Source: Terrimicrobiaceae bacterium (GTDB lineage Bacteria; Verrucomicrobiota; Verrucomicrobiia; Chthoniobacterales; Terrimicrobiaceae). From it: a DNA stretch of 64,000 nt. Below the pieces are notes generated by a model that worked only from the letters and a program-made list of their open reading frames with translations, had not been told where the DNA came from and did no database searches. Positions within the stretch are counted from its first letter, which is position 1; every line of letters starts with the position of its first letter. The translations under genes and the position numbers were made by a program. This document shows, in pieces, positions 38,689 through 48,913 of the stretch. The DNA is taken from assembly GCA_041752695.1 (NCBI GenBank), contig JBGSVZ010000070.1, positions 20,809-84,808 on the forward strand, given 5' to 3'.

Positions 38689-39546
38689 ATGAACATCAAA
38701 TCCGTCTCGTTGTTGGCAGCTCTGGCTGTCAGTGGTCTCACCGCAAAAGCCGCTGTCCTGGTGGACAGCACATTTACCGACTCGACGCTCGGTGCCACAG
38801 GGCGAAATACGGCCAATTCCAGCAATCTGACACCCTGGTTCCTGGTTTCGTCTACCACTGCAGGAAATGCCACCGTGGTGAACGATAGTGGGAATCTGGG
38901 CAAAAGCATGCAGGTGAACAGCGGAAACACCATCTACACCGCATTCTCCACATCCACCCTCCTGACGGGTGAAACAATCACACTGACCCTTAGCTATCGG
39001 TTTCCCAGCACCCCCAGCGCATCCAGCGAAACATTCCGCATCGGCCTATATGACTCAAACACCGCCGCCGCCGTCACCGCGGACATCAGTCCCATCGCTT
39101 CAGCGGACCTCCAACAATATGATGGGTATTATGCCGGATTGGCCGTAGGAGTAAATCCGTCAGCAAGCGGAACCGCTCTCCGCCAGCGCAACACCGGCAA
39201 CTCGAACGCCCTGACGAGCACAAGCGGGCTTACTGCGATCAGCTCCAATAACTCTGGCGTGGCCAGCGGCACCACCATCCATACCCTGGAATACTCCATC
39301 ACCCGCACTTCCGCAACGGAGCTGTCCTTCGTGACAAAGATTGACGGAACCACCCTGCTGACTGGGACCGATTCCACTGGAATTTATACCACTTTTAACT
39401 CGCTCGCGATCGCCGGAGTGGGCGGAACGATCATTCTGGACAACATCCTTTTAGAGACCGTGCCGGAGCCCGGCACAGCGTTGCTCTTGGCGCTTGGGGG
39501 AGCGTTCGTCCTCTACCGGACCCGCCGCCGCTTCGCCCGACTTTAA
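38689..39546 (+). CDS. Ser/Thr-rich PEP-CTERM surface protein
   Basis: Signal peptide ending AKA and C-terminal VPEPGTALLLALGGAFVLYRTRRR. ATG at 38689. Confidence 0.9.
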   Translation: MNIKSVSLLAALAVSGLTAKAAVLVDSTFTDSTLGATGRNTANSSNLTPWFLVSSTTAGNATVVNDSGNLGKSMQVNSGNTIYTAFSTSTLLTGETITLTLSYRFPSTPSASSETFRIGLYDSNTAAAVTADISPIASADLQQYDGYYAGLAVGVNPSASGTALRQRNTGNSNALTSTSGLTAISSNNSGVASGTTIHTLEYSITRTSATELSFVTKIDGTTLLTGTDSTGIYTTFNSLAIAGVGGTIILDNILLETVPEPGTALLLALGGAFVLYRTRRRFARL

Positions 39547-39725
39547 CTGAGTTTTAAACGTCGCGGATTCAGCGAAAGCAAGGGATTTCCACATCCCAAA
39601 GGATGTCCCTGCCCTCGTCCGGGGACAGCTAATCCGCAAAACAATCCGGCGATGGGCTTTTTCTCCATCCTATCAGACTTCGGCTCGATGGCGCCGGGTC
39701 CCACCCTGAGTTAGTCTGATTTTGT

Positions 39726-42566
39726 ATGCAGGTGAATAATACTAGCAGAAGAATTTTCGATACCGTGGTCTACGGAGACACCTGTGCGGCGTTTGGTGCC
39801 GCCGTGAGGCTTAGACAGCAGGGTGAGCAGGTGCTCCTCGTCAGCCGCCACACCGGCCTGATGAGGGAAACCTCATGGTCTTTTCTCCAATCCGCCCAAG
39901 CCGGCGTCACCTCACCTTGGATCGCTTTCCGGGATTTTCTCCAAGCCCGGCAGGCGTGGCAGGATGGACGGATCGACGGAGGCTGCGCCGAAGTGGCGGC
40001 TGGCGAGTACGGCCAGAAAATCGGTCTGCATTTTTTGTTGTATGCCGTGCCTTTTGGGTGGGAAGAGGACATGGGCCTGGTCAGCCGGGTTGGTTTTTTT
40101 ACCAAGCAGGGCGAGGATTGGATTGCGGCACGGCGTTGGATCGATGCCAGCGGTGCCGGTGAACTCGCCAGGCTGTGGCAGGATCGAATCGTCGGGCCAA
40201 AGGTTGAGGCTTGGGAATCCGCCCTCTTCTTCCGGCATCGGGGGCCCGTTGAGACAGAAAGCCGGCAATGGTCGGCTCCCGCGGCAGGGGTGACCGAGGC
40301 CATCTACGGGCCAAGCCTGTGGAAAAATGAAACCGTATTGCGGTACCGCGGCAATTCGGACAGTCACGGCCTGGCGATGTTGGAGTTTGTCCGGGCTCAG
40401 GCTGATCTCAAAACGGCAGTCGTCAGCCACGGCTCGTTTGTCCCCTTTGAGCATCGATCTGCTGAGACAGCCTCTCTAGCCTTGCTGCCCGGCAACACCT
40501 GCCAGGTAAACGACTTCCCGGCGGATGTCGGCGGGCTTTTCGATGCCGGTGTGCTCGCGGCCGAAACCCTGCAGGACAAGCCGGCCTCGACCGGACGACA
40601 AGGAACACGTCGGGAAGCGCCGCCGTCACGCCGCGAATCGTTCGACGTCGGAATTGTGGGACTCGGCACCGGCGGGGCATTGGCGGCTTTGGCGGCAGCG
40701 CGTGAGGGAGCCCGGGTCGCCGCGATCGATCTTTTGCCGGTGCTCGGGGGAGTGGGAACGGCAGGCGGCATCCACTTATATTATTTTGGCGTCGAAGGCG
40801 GATTGCAGCACGAGATTGACCGGCGGGTGGCGGACATCATGCCGCTCTTTGGCTCACGCAAAAACATCGCAGGTTTTCACCCGCTCGCCAAATCCCTCAT
40901 CGTGGAAGAAATGCTGAAGGAGGCGGGCGTACGGATTTTTCGGGAAACGATGTTGGGCCCGGTCCAGATGGATTCCGCTTCACGGATCGCCGCAGCCCGT
41001 GTCTTTACCTCGCAAGGACCGCTCGATCTGGAGGCCTCCGCATGGGTGGACTCCAGCGGAGACGGTGATCTGGCCACTGCCGCGGGAGTGCCATTCGAGC
41101 GGAGCGCGCGTTCGGACGGTGGCCCGTCCGCCTTCAGCCAGGGATCAGGGCGTTTTCGTTGGAGAAACGGGGAGCTATTTCTCCGGATCCTGAATTTCGA
41201 CGCCGGTTATGTCGATGCGACGGACTCGTGGGATTTGTCCCGGGCCCGGCTGCGCGGTCTTTCGCACTATCAGAGGGAGCAATTCACCGATGAAGAACGA
41301 CCAACCTACATTGCCCCGTTGATCGGGGTCAGGCAGTCGCGCCACGTGCGCGCGAGATATCTGATCACTCTGGCCGACCTCGCCACCCGCCGCCGATTCG
41401 CCGATTCCGTAGGTTACACCGCCTGTCATTTCGACAGCCATGCGATCGATTTCGAATTTGAGTCCGACGAGGCCGCATTTTGGATTTGGGGATGCCGGAA
41501 CTGGCGCCTGCGCACGGCCTGCGAGATCCCCTACCGGGCCTTGCTGCCCGAGGGCGTCGACAATCTCCTGCTGGGCTGCCGGGTGATTGGGGCAACGCCG
41601 GATGCGCACCAATCATTCCGCATGCAACGTGACATGCAAAGGGTGGGAGAAATCGCGGGCATCGCTGCGGCGTTTGTGTCGCGGTTTGCCTGCGACGCCG
41701 CCGGTGTGCCCTATGAGTGGCTACGGGACCGGCTGCGAGACACGGGCGCGCTGGAGTCCGATGAACATTCGGACACAGGCTTCGGCTATCGCGTGGAACA
41801 CGACACCTTTCACCAAACCGGCTCGAATCTTTCAGACTTGATCGAAAACGTTCGCGATGGCTTCGGGCTGCCAATGTATTTGCTCACCCTTTGCCGCGGT
41901 TCCGCCATCGAGCCGTTGCGTCATTTGCTGAACCAACCCGCTGCTTCGTGGCGGTCGGCGGTCGTCCTGGCCATGTTGGGAGATGAGGCCGCCGCACCCC
42001 GACTCGTGGAAGCGGTGAGGGAGCGCGAAATGGGATTTGCCCCAGACGACCAACGCCATCCCAATCGGTGTCCTCGCCTGGCCCCAAACTGGATCTCCGC
42101 GCTGGTGTTTTTGCGCCGATGCGCCACTCCCGACGTGCTGGAAGTTCTCACAAACATTTCCGAAGATGACAATCTTGTGCACAATGCCCGCACGGCCATC
42201 GCCCTTCTTTGCGAGTCCCTCGCAAACCGACTGGACCGCGATCCGGCCACGACGGGACGGGTCGGCCAAATTTTGCACAATCTTCAGCGAACCCAAGCCC
42301 CGAACGCTGTGGGCCGACCTCAGCGCACGGTCACGGGAATTTCCGAAAAGGACGCGGACGATGGCATCTGGTATCCGGACGTGGTGGAGGATTTTCGCTG
42401 GCAGCTTGATTTCGCGGTGAGCAGGGCCCGGGTCGCCTGGGACCTTGAGCTGGCGCCGGGAATCGAGCAATATCTCACCGATCATCGCGCCCCGGTTCGA
42501 AACGCTTTCGCATCCGTTCAAGAGAAAATGAGCGCGCCGTCCTGCCCCGAAGCCGTCCTTCTTTGA
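39726..42566 (+). CDS. FAD-dependent oxidoreductase (FAD_oxidored-like) with degenerate N-terminal duplicate domain and helical C-terminus
   Basis: DVGIVGLGTGGALAALAAAREGA, LGGVGTAGG, VDSSGDGDLA..AG and EIPYRALLP.GVDNLL motifs. The N-terminal copy has DTVVYGD and IDASG.GEL. Confidence 0.82.
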   Translation: MQVNNTSRRIFDTVVYGDTCAAFGAAVRLRQQGEQVLLVSRHTGLMRETSWSFLQSAQAGVTSPWIAFRDFLQARQAWQDGRIDGGCAEVAAGEYGQKIGLHFLLYAVPFGWEEDMGLVSRVGFFTKQGEDWIAARRWIDASGAGELARLWQDRIVGPKVEAWESALFFRHRGPVETESRQWSAPAAGVTEAIYGPSLWKNETVLRYRGNSDSHGLAMLEFVRAQADLKTAVVSHGSFVPFEHRSAETASLALLPGNTCQVNDFPADVGGLFDAGVLAAETLQDKPASTGRQGTRREAPPSRRESFDVGIVGLGTGGALAALAAAREGARVAAIDLLPVLGGVGTAGGIHLYYFGVEGGLQHEIDRRVADIMPLFGSRKNIAGFHPLAKSLIVEEMLKEAGVRIFRETMLGPVQMDSASRIAAARVFTSQGPLDLEASAWVDSSGDGDLATAAGVPFERSARSDGGPSAFSQGSGRFRWRNGELFLRILNFDAGYVDATDSWDLSRARLRGLSHYQREQFTDEERPTYIAPLIGVRQSRHVRARYLITLADLATRRRFADSVGYTACHFDSHAIDFEFESDEAAFWIWGCRNWRLRTACEIPYRALLPEGVDNLLLGCRVIGATPDAHQSFRMQRDMQRVGEIAGIAAAFVSRFACDAAGVPYEWLRDRLRDTGALESDEHSDTGFGYRVEHDTFHQTGSNLSDLIENVRDGFGLPMYLLTLCRGSAIEPLRHLLNQPAASWRSAVVLAMLGDEAAAPRLVEAVREREMGFAPDDQRHPNRCPRLAPNWISALVFLRRCATPDVLEVLTNISEDDNLVHNARTAIALLCESLANRLDRDPATTGRVGQILHNLQRTQAPNAVGRPQRTVTGISEKDADDGIWYPDVVEDFRWQLDFAVSRARVAWDLELAPGIEQYLTDHRAPVRNAFASVQEKMSAPSCPEAVLL

Positions 42567-45457
42567 ACCCTGTAAACACTATGAATATTCGACACGCAAT
42601 TTATGTGTCCACCCTGGTTCTTTCGGTGAGTCTTGAGCAGGTAATGGCCGATCCCGAATTTCAGCAGTTCCCTGAGACGAAGGGTGGGGTCCTGTTGGTC
42701 GGGGGAAAAGCCGGCAAGAATGAAGCCATCATCTTACAGGCCCTGGGTCTCATGCCCCAGCCGGCAAAGTTCGACATCCCGGCAAAGTTCGTCGCCACTC
42801 TAGCCGAGGGAGGCAGAACTTCAGACTACAGGGCGGTCATTTTCTGCGCGCAAGATTCTTCGGCCGCCGCACTGACCGAGGCGGAAGTCGCCGACATCGG
42901 TGGTCTGGTCAAATCTGGCGGCACCCTGGTCTTTCTGGGCGAATCCCTCGCGCGATTAAAGCCAACCCGCCAGGGATTGGGTTCTTTGGGAGAGATCCTC
43001 GGTGCGCGTGACCTGGGTCGCGGCGTGGATGGCAAACCCAACGAAGAAGCGGTGAAACTTTCTCCCGGTCTGGGCAAAAAAGTCCGCCCCTGGATGAGCG
43101 GCGGCTATTCCCTGGGTGGACTGACGACAGCCCGGGCCCTGATCGGTGACGGCACGCGGGCAAATGCCACCATCAACTCCCACGGCAACGGCACCGCTGC
43201 CTTTGTCGGAACGCCCGTGACCTCCGCGCGACCCGACACCGGAATCGAGGCGTACGTGGAATTGATCACCCAAATGGTGCTGGCCGCCGGACCGACGCAG
43301 CTTCCCACCACCCGTGAGACTTGGGAGTTGATTCCTCTCGGGCCGGATAAGCCACCCGCCCCGGTGGCGGAGGCAGCCCGCAAACAAAAACTGGTGAGCA
43401 AACGGGTGGAAAAACCGGTCACCGGTCCGGAAACGCCGCTGGTGAAAGAAGGCAAACCCGTCGCCACCATCATTTTGGCGAAGGAACCGACCGCCTCGGC
43501 CCAACAAGCCTTGATCGAACTCCGTCAGGCCCTTCGCGGCATCAGCGGAGCTGAGCTGGCCGTCCTGAACGAAGACGAGGTCGCCCACAAAGACGGAAAG
43601 TTCCACCTGGTAAAAACCCCGGACGAAACGCTGGAGTCCGTCATCCTCTTGGGGAACTCCCGTTGGGTGGTGGCCGAAGGGATCGACGTGGCCGGTTTGC
43701 CGCCGGAGGGATTCGTTCACCGAGCCAAAGACGGGGTCGTCGTCATCGCCGGCAGCGATCGGCGGGAAAATGGTCTCGAACTTTTCGGCACACTCTTTGG
43801 CACGTTTGATTTCCTGGAGAACCAGTTCGGAGCCCGCTGGTTGTGGCCGGGGCCGATCGGAACCGTCCTGCCGCCGGCGCGGTCCCTCTCGGCCCAACCG
43901 CGTGAGATCTCCGACGCCCCCCTCCTGGCCGTTCGAAAACTGCGCAATAATACGGTCATGGGTCCGGCTTATCACGAGTCCTCCCTCCCAAAATTCTGGT
44001 CCGTGGAAGCCATGCGGACCGCCTTCGCCGAAGGCGCAAAGAGTAACCTGCTGAGCCGGATCCGTCGGGGCCTCAAACTTCTGGGAAAAACCGAAGACAC
44101 CTTCATCAGGCAGTATGCCGCCGCCTTCCCCTGGTTCGGAGCAGCCCGGGCCGGGATGAGTCAGCGGCTTTTTGGCACTCATGCCTATGACGATTGGTAT
44201 GAAAAATATCACGCAGAGCATCCGGACTGGTTTGCCCTCCAATACAGCGGACGGCGCACCCAATCGCCCCTTCGCCCGCGCCTGAACAAAAATAATCCGG
44301 AAATGATCCGGACCGCCGCTGTTCAAACCGTTGGAAAATTCACAGAGGACCCTTTGCTTGATGCCGCGCCGTTCTCACCCAATGACGGAGGGGCCAACAC
44401 CTGGGACATGGGTGAGGAATCCCGCAAACTGGATCCCCCCAACGGGGCCAAGGTGTTGATGCTTTACCAAGTCGCCGGGATGAAGTTTTCCAAACCCTAT
44501 GTGGCTCTAAGTGATCGGGTGGTGACTTATTACAACAATGTGGCAAAGGAGGTGCAAAAACTCCGCCCCGGGTCGCGGATCGGCGCCGTGGGCTACAGTT
44601 ACTACCGCACCCCGCCGCTGCACGTGACCCTTGATCCCAGCGTGGTGCTCTTTTACACGGGCATGAATTACCTCAATGATACCAACCTGAAAAACGACCG
44701 CGCCAACTGGAACGGCTGGGCGGGCAAGGCCAACGAGATGATTCTCCGTCCCAACGCGTTTCACGCCGGCCATGGGTTTCCCGTCGTCTGGGTGCACAAA
44801 ATGGCGGAAGACATCCGGCATTGCTACGAAACGGGCATGATCGGTTCGGACTGGGATGCCATCATTCACCATTGGGCGACCGTGGGTCTCAACTATTACG
44901 TGCTGGGCCGCTTGCTCTGGGACCCCTCACAGGATGTCGATTCCATCGTCCAGGACTATTGCCGCACCGGCTTCGGTCCGGCCGCAGAGGAAATGCACGC
45001 CTACTTTGGCGAGCTGGAAAACCTGACCAACACGATGGCCCTCAGCGTGGGCGACGCCACGGAATCCGCCCTACGTGAAGAGGAAGAGATCGACGTCAAT
45101 GGCTTCGCACGTGAGGTTGTTCAGCGCCTGGCTCCGGGTGTTTACACGGCCGAGCAGATTTCTAAGTTGCGGGGGTATTTTGCCCGGGCCCGGGACAAGG
45201 CCAAAAATGCTCCAGACGTCTTGGAGCGCTTGCGCTTTCTGGAACTTGGAGTGGACTATGCGGAAATCCAAGCTGAGGTCTACCGTCATGCGGGTCGAGA
45301 TAATCCCGACAAAGCCAAAGTCGCCAGCCTGCTGGCCGAACGTCAGAAATTCTTTAGCGAAGTTTTCGACAAGGATCCTCTTGCCATCAATCTGCCCTAC
45401 ATCACTTGGCGGGAAGAGGTTCTTTACAAAACGTTCTACCCTCAGCCAGCTCCCTGA
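42563..45457 (+). CDS. DUF4838-like putative glycoside hydrolase
   Basis: Signal peptide and GH20/GH67-like alpha/beta domain (LPPEGF...IAGSD...GTLFGTFDFLE..GARWLWPG), plus HPDWFAL, SPNDG and LLWDP..D.D.I..DYC..GFGPAA. Start is TTG 42563 or ATG 42581. Confidence 0.75.
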   Translation: MNPVNTMNIRHAIYVSTLVLSVSLEQVMADPEFQQFPETKGGVLLVGGKAGKNEAIILQALGLMPQPAKFDIPAKFVATLAEGGRTSDYRAVIFCAQDSSAAALTEAEVADIGGLVKSGGTLVFLGESLARLKPTRQGLGSLGEILGARDLGRGVDGKPNEEAVKLSPGLGKKVRPWMSGGYSLGGLTTARALIGDGTRANATINSHGNGTAAFVGTPVTSARPDTGIEAYVELITQMVLAAGPTQLPTTRETWELIPLGPDKPPAPVAEAARKQKLVSKRVEKPVTGPETPLVKEGKPVATIILAKEPTASAQQALIELRQALRGISGAELAVLNEDEVAHKDGKFHLVKTPDETLESVILLGNSRWVVAEGIDVAGLPPEGFVHRAKDGVVVIAGSDRRENGLELFGTLFGTFDFLENQFGARWLWPGPIGTVLPPARSLSAQPREISDAPLLAVRKLRNNTVMGPAYHESSLPKFWSVEAMRTAFAEGAKSNLLSRIRRGLKLLGKTEDTFIRQYAAAFPWFGAARAGMSQRLFGTHAYDDWYEKYHAEHPDWFALQYSGRRTQSPLRPRLNKNNPEMIRTAAVQTVGKFTEDPLLDAAPFSPNDGGANTWDMGEESRKLDPPNGAKVLMLYQVAGMKFSKPYVALSDRVVTYYNNVAKEVQKLRPGSRIGAVGYSYYRTPPLHVTLDPSVVLFYTGMNYLNDTNLKNDRANWNGWAGKANEMILRPNAFHAGHGFPVVWVHKMAEDIRHCYETGMIGSDWDAIIHHWATVGLNYYVLGRLLWDPSQDVDSIVQDYCRTGFGPAAEEMHAYFGELENLTNTMALSVGDATESALREEEEIDVNGFAREVVQRLAPGVYTAEQISKLRGYFARARDKAKNAPDVLERLRFLELGVDYAEIQAEVYRHAGRDNPDKAKVASLLAERQKFFSEVFDKDPLAINLPYITWREEVLYKTFYPQPAP

Positions 45458-45476
45458 ATTCGTCTTCCGCTTCCTC

Positions 45477-46091
45477 ATGAAAAACATCGTGTGCTTCGGC
45501 GATTCCATCACGGCGGGCCGGAGTGTGCCGGAGAACCGGCGCTGGACGTCGCGCCTGCAAGCTTCGCTGGACGCGCTGCAAAACGAACGCTGGGAGATCT
45601 ACAATCGCGGCACCCCCGGGGAAACGATTGTCCAGGGGCTGGAGCGATTCGAGAAGGAGGTCGAGGGACTGCTTCCCGCCGTTGTTCTGGTGGAGTTCGG
45701 ATTAAACGATTGTTCCCACCGTCCGAACCGCCATGTTCCACGCACGGGTCTTCCCGAGTTTTCCGCGACGTTGCTGGAAGTCCTACGGCTTGTCCGGGCG
45801 AAACAAGGGTGTCCGGTATTGCTTTCGAATCATCAGGTCGATCCGCAACGGATCGACGAAGCCAGCGGGCGCCCCATTCATGCCAGCCTGAGCCCCTACC
45901 AGGCGGTCATTCGCGAGACGGCAGGAAAAGAAAACTTAGCCTTGATTGATGTCGAAGCTGGCTTCGCCGCCGCCGGGCGGACGAAGCAATACCTCGCCGC
46001 AGATGGCATTCACCTGAATCGCGATGGCCACGCGCTCTACGAGGAAATTGTCCGCGATGCCCTTCACCCCATCCTCTTAGCCCTCCCATGA
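45477..46091 (+). CDS. SGNH/GDSL-family esterase
   Basis: FGDSIT, NRG.PG, FGLND and DGIHLN blocks. ATG at 45477. Confidence 0.9.
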   Translation: MKNIVCFGDSITAGRSVPENRRWTSRLQASLDALQNERWEIYNRGTPGETIVQGLERFEKEVEGLLPAVVLVEFGLNDCSHRPNRHVPRTGLPEFSATLLEVLRLVRAKQGCPVLLSNHQVDPQRIDEASGRPIHASLSPYQAVIRETAGKENLALIDVEAGFAAAGRTKQYLAADGIHLNRDGHALYEEIVRDALHPILLALP

Positions 46092-48913
46092 AGTCGGTCT
46101 TTTTCCGCATTTTCCTCGTCACCATTTTCCTAAGCGGTGCCCGCACCTTCGCAGACAATGCGGAAAAGAAAGGCTCGGTCCTGCTTTATGGGGAGGGTGC
46201 CGGGGCACTTGATGCCTCCTACCTCGCAGGGCTCTTTCTCTCGCCGCCCGGTGCCGCTTACAACATTGCCCACCGGATCGAGGAGCGTTCACCTAAACCC
46301 GACGAATTCGGCGAGGCCGCGGTGGTCTTGGTGGCCTCGCTGAATGATAAGGCCGCCCAACCTTGGACGGCGGAAGAAACCGCGACCGCGGAAGCATGGG
46401 TCGCCTCGGGCGGGACCTTAGTTTTTCTGGGGAACTCCCCGGTCCTGCTCGCGGAAAGTTCCTCACGTCTGGGCCGCCTGGCCCCCTTGCTCGGGGCAAC
46501 TCAGTTGCAAAGTCCGGACGGCCCGCAAAGAGTCGCCGGGGATTCGCCGATTACCGAGGGTTTGACCGATGAGCCGTGGATGGCACCCGGGGGGTGGGCG
46601 GGTTCCGGACTCACCACGGCCCGGCCGCTTCTCACCGATGGCCAGACCGCCATGGCGATGGGGAACAGCCTGGGCGACGGACAGGTCTTCTTTTTCGGTC
46701 GGGATGTGAGCCGATTGAATCCTTCGACCGGAATCCAATCGTACGCGCAAATGATTGGCCGGGCCATCCTTGACGGAAATGTCCTCAAAACAGCTTCGCT
46801 TCGGGAACCATGGGTTCTCAAGGCTCTGGGCCCCGAAATCTCGCCCACCCGAGAAACTCCTCCTCAAAGGCAGACCCTCAAAAGCACGGTTCAGGTGACC
46901 AAGGCATCGGGGGCGGCCGTCGGCCTCGTGAAGGATGGCGTGGCCGATGCCGTCATCATCGTTGGCACCACCCCAAGCCGGACGGCCGCAAAAGCGGCGC
47001 AGACCTTGCGCCAGGAATTGCTTAGGCTGACGGGAGCGGATCTGGCCGTCGCGAAGGAATCTACTCTCGAGGTTTCGCCTTCTGAGGAAGGAACCCGGAT
47101 TCAAACTCCCGACGGAAAAACTCATGCCTCGGCCATCGTCATCGGGGACACCGACATCGGAAAATCCCTGGGCGTTACCAGCGACGATCTCCCGCTGGAG
47201 GGTTATCGGATGGTGACACGGGGAAATCTCCTTTTTCTCTGCGGAAGTGACCGGAGGCCGGATGGCTTCGAGCTGGAAGGCAGCAATTTTGCGGTGTCTG
47301 CCCTGCTTGAGAGGCATTGCGGCGTCCGCTGGCTCTGGCCTGGCGAACTCGGCTCTGTCTATCCCGAGACGAAGACCCTGGCCATCGGGCCCCTCGACGA
47401 AACGGATGCCCCAGCCTTGCGCATTCGCAAACTGCGTGACACGGGAGGTTCGAAACGATTTGAGACCGACACCGACACCGGCGAGGTCCGGGCCATCGGA
47501 GCCGGACGGAGCACGGGACGGAGCATGAAGCTGCTCGGCCGGGACCTGGAAACCCAGGTCAAAAGACACTCCGAAGCGGGTCCCTGGTTCGAGCATATGC
47601 GGCTGGGACAAAGTTATCTGGCTGGAGCCTCCCACGCTTTCTCCGGTTGGTGGGACCGCTACGGAGCGCAGCACATCGATTGGTTCAGCCTTCAACCGAC
47701 GGGGTTCCGCCAACAACGCCCGCCGCGGGAGCAATTCTGCCAGTCCTCTCCGGCCCTGGTGGACGCCATCGCCCGCGCGACCGTCCAAAAGTTCCAGGAG
47801 GATCCGCGACGCGATGTGGTCTCGATTGCCCAGAATGACGTCGGGGTGAACAGCTATTGTTTTTGCGAGGCCTGCCGAAAAAAAGATCCGGTCAATGCCA
47901 AACCCGCCCTGGTCCGCTATTTGATTGGTAACGTTTCCACCTTCGCCTCCTATCCCGCCCTCTCCGACCGCATGGTGGGATTTTTCGGGGAAATTGCCGA
48001 GGCGGTGAAACGCCAGCGGCCGGGCGCCAAAGTCGGGGTCACCGCCTACAATGCCTACCGCAGTGCTCCTTTGGCCGCCCGACTGCCGGAGAACAGCCTG
48101 TTGGTCTTTGTCGGCACCAACTATTTCAACAGCGAGGTGCTCGCCTCGGATCGCGACAATTGGGACCGCTGGGCAAGTCACGCCCCCGAAATGATTCTCC
48201 GCCCCAACACGCTACATCAGGGACACGCTCTGCCCGCCGTTTTTGTGAAAGGAATTTCGCAGGATTTAAAACACGGCTACCAGACCGGCATGATCGGAGC
48301 CGACTACGATTCCATCGTTCATCACTGGGCCACGCAGGGCCTCAACTATTACGTGCTGGCCAAGTTACTCTGGGATCCTTCGCTCGATCCAGAGGCCATC
48401 GTGCAGGACTATTGCGCCAAAGGATTCGGACCGGCCGCCGGCAGCATCCGGGAATATTTCGCCGCCCTGGAATCCCACACCCGGGAAGTCTCCGAAAAAA
48501 TGGGAGAACTCACCCGGGACACCCTGCGGGAAAATGAGGCGGACGAGGTCGACACACCGTATGGCGCGGAGTTTTTCATCAAACGGATCCCCGAATTTTA
48601 TCCCACGGAAAAAATTGCGGAATGGCGGGCCCTGCTGCAAAAGGCCCGCGGGGCAGCGACGGGCGATGAAAAAGTCCTGGCGCGGATTGCGTTCCTGGAA
48701 GAAGGCCTGGTCTACGCCACGTGGCAGCATGATTTTTTCAAGGCGCTCGAAGAATCGTCCGGACAAAAGGCGGAATTGCCAGAGATCGCCCGCAAACGGA
48801 GGCAGGACTTTCAGCGCATGTTTGACGAAAATTATTTCGCCATTCAGTTCGGCTCTGCGCTTTGGCGGGAAGAGTTCTTTTGGAAACAAACCGGCCTTAC
48901 GACCTCCCAATGA
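46088..48913 (+). CDS. DUF4838-like putative glycoside hydrolase (paralog of 42563-45457)
   Basis: Collinear with the 42563 protein: GVRWLWPGELG, QNDVG..YCFCEAC and HHWATQGLNYYVLAKLLWDP. Confidence 0.75.
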   Translation: MKSVFFRIFLVTIFLSGARTFADNAEKKGSVLLYGEGAGALDASYLAGLFLSPPGAAYNIAHRIEERSPKPDEFGEAAVVLVASLNDKAAQPWTAEETATAEAWVASGGTLVFLGNSPVLLAESSSRLGRLAPLLGATQLQSPDGPQRVAGDSPITEGLTDEPWMAPGGWAGSGLTTARPLLTDGQTAMAMGNSLGDGQVFFFGRDVSRLNPSTGIQSYAQMIGRAILDGNVLKTASLREPWVLKALGPEISPTRETPPQRQTLKSTVQVTKASGAAVGLVKDGVADAVIIVGTTPSRTAAKAAQTLRQELLRLTGADLAVAKESTLEVSPSEEGTRIQTPDGKTHASAIVIGDTDIGKSLGVTSDDLPLEGYRMVTRGNLLFLCGSDRRPDGFELEGSNFAVSALLERHCGVRWLWPGELGSVYPETKTLAIGPLDETDAPALRIRKLRDTGGSKRFETDTDTGEVRAIGAGRSTGRSMKLLGRDLETQVKRHSEAGPWFEHMRLGQSYLAGASHAFSGWWDRYGAQHIDWFSLQPTGFRQQRPPREQFCQSSPALVDAIARATVQKFQEDPRRDVVSIAQNDVGVNSYCFCEACRKKDPVNAKPALVRYLIGNVSTFASYPALSDRMVGFFGEIAEAVKRQRPGAKVGVTAYNAYRSAPLAARLPENSLLVFVGTNYFNSEVLASDRDNWDRWASHAPEMILRPNTLHQGHALPAVFVKGISQDLKHGYQTGMIGADYDSIVHHWATQGLNYYVLAKLLWDPSLDPEAIVQDYCAKGFGPAAGSIREYFAALESHTREVSEKMGELTRDTLRENEADEVDTPYGAEFFIKRIPEFYPTEKIAEWRALLQKARGAATGDEKVLARIAFLEEGLVYATWQHDFFKALEESSGQKAELPEIARKRRQDFQRMFDENYFAIQFGSALWREEFFWKQTGLTTSQ

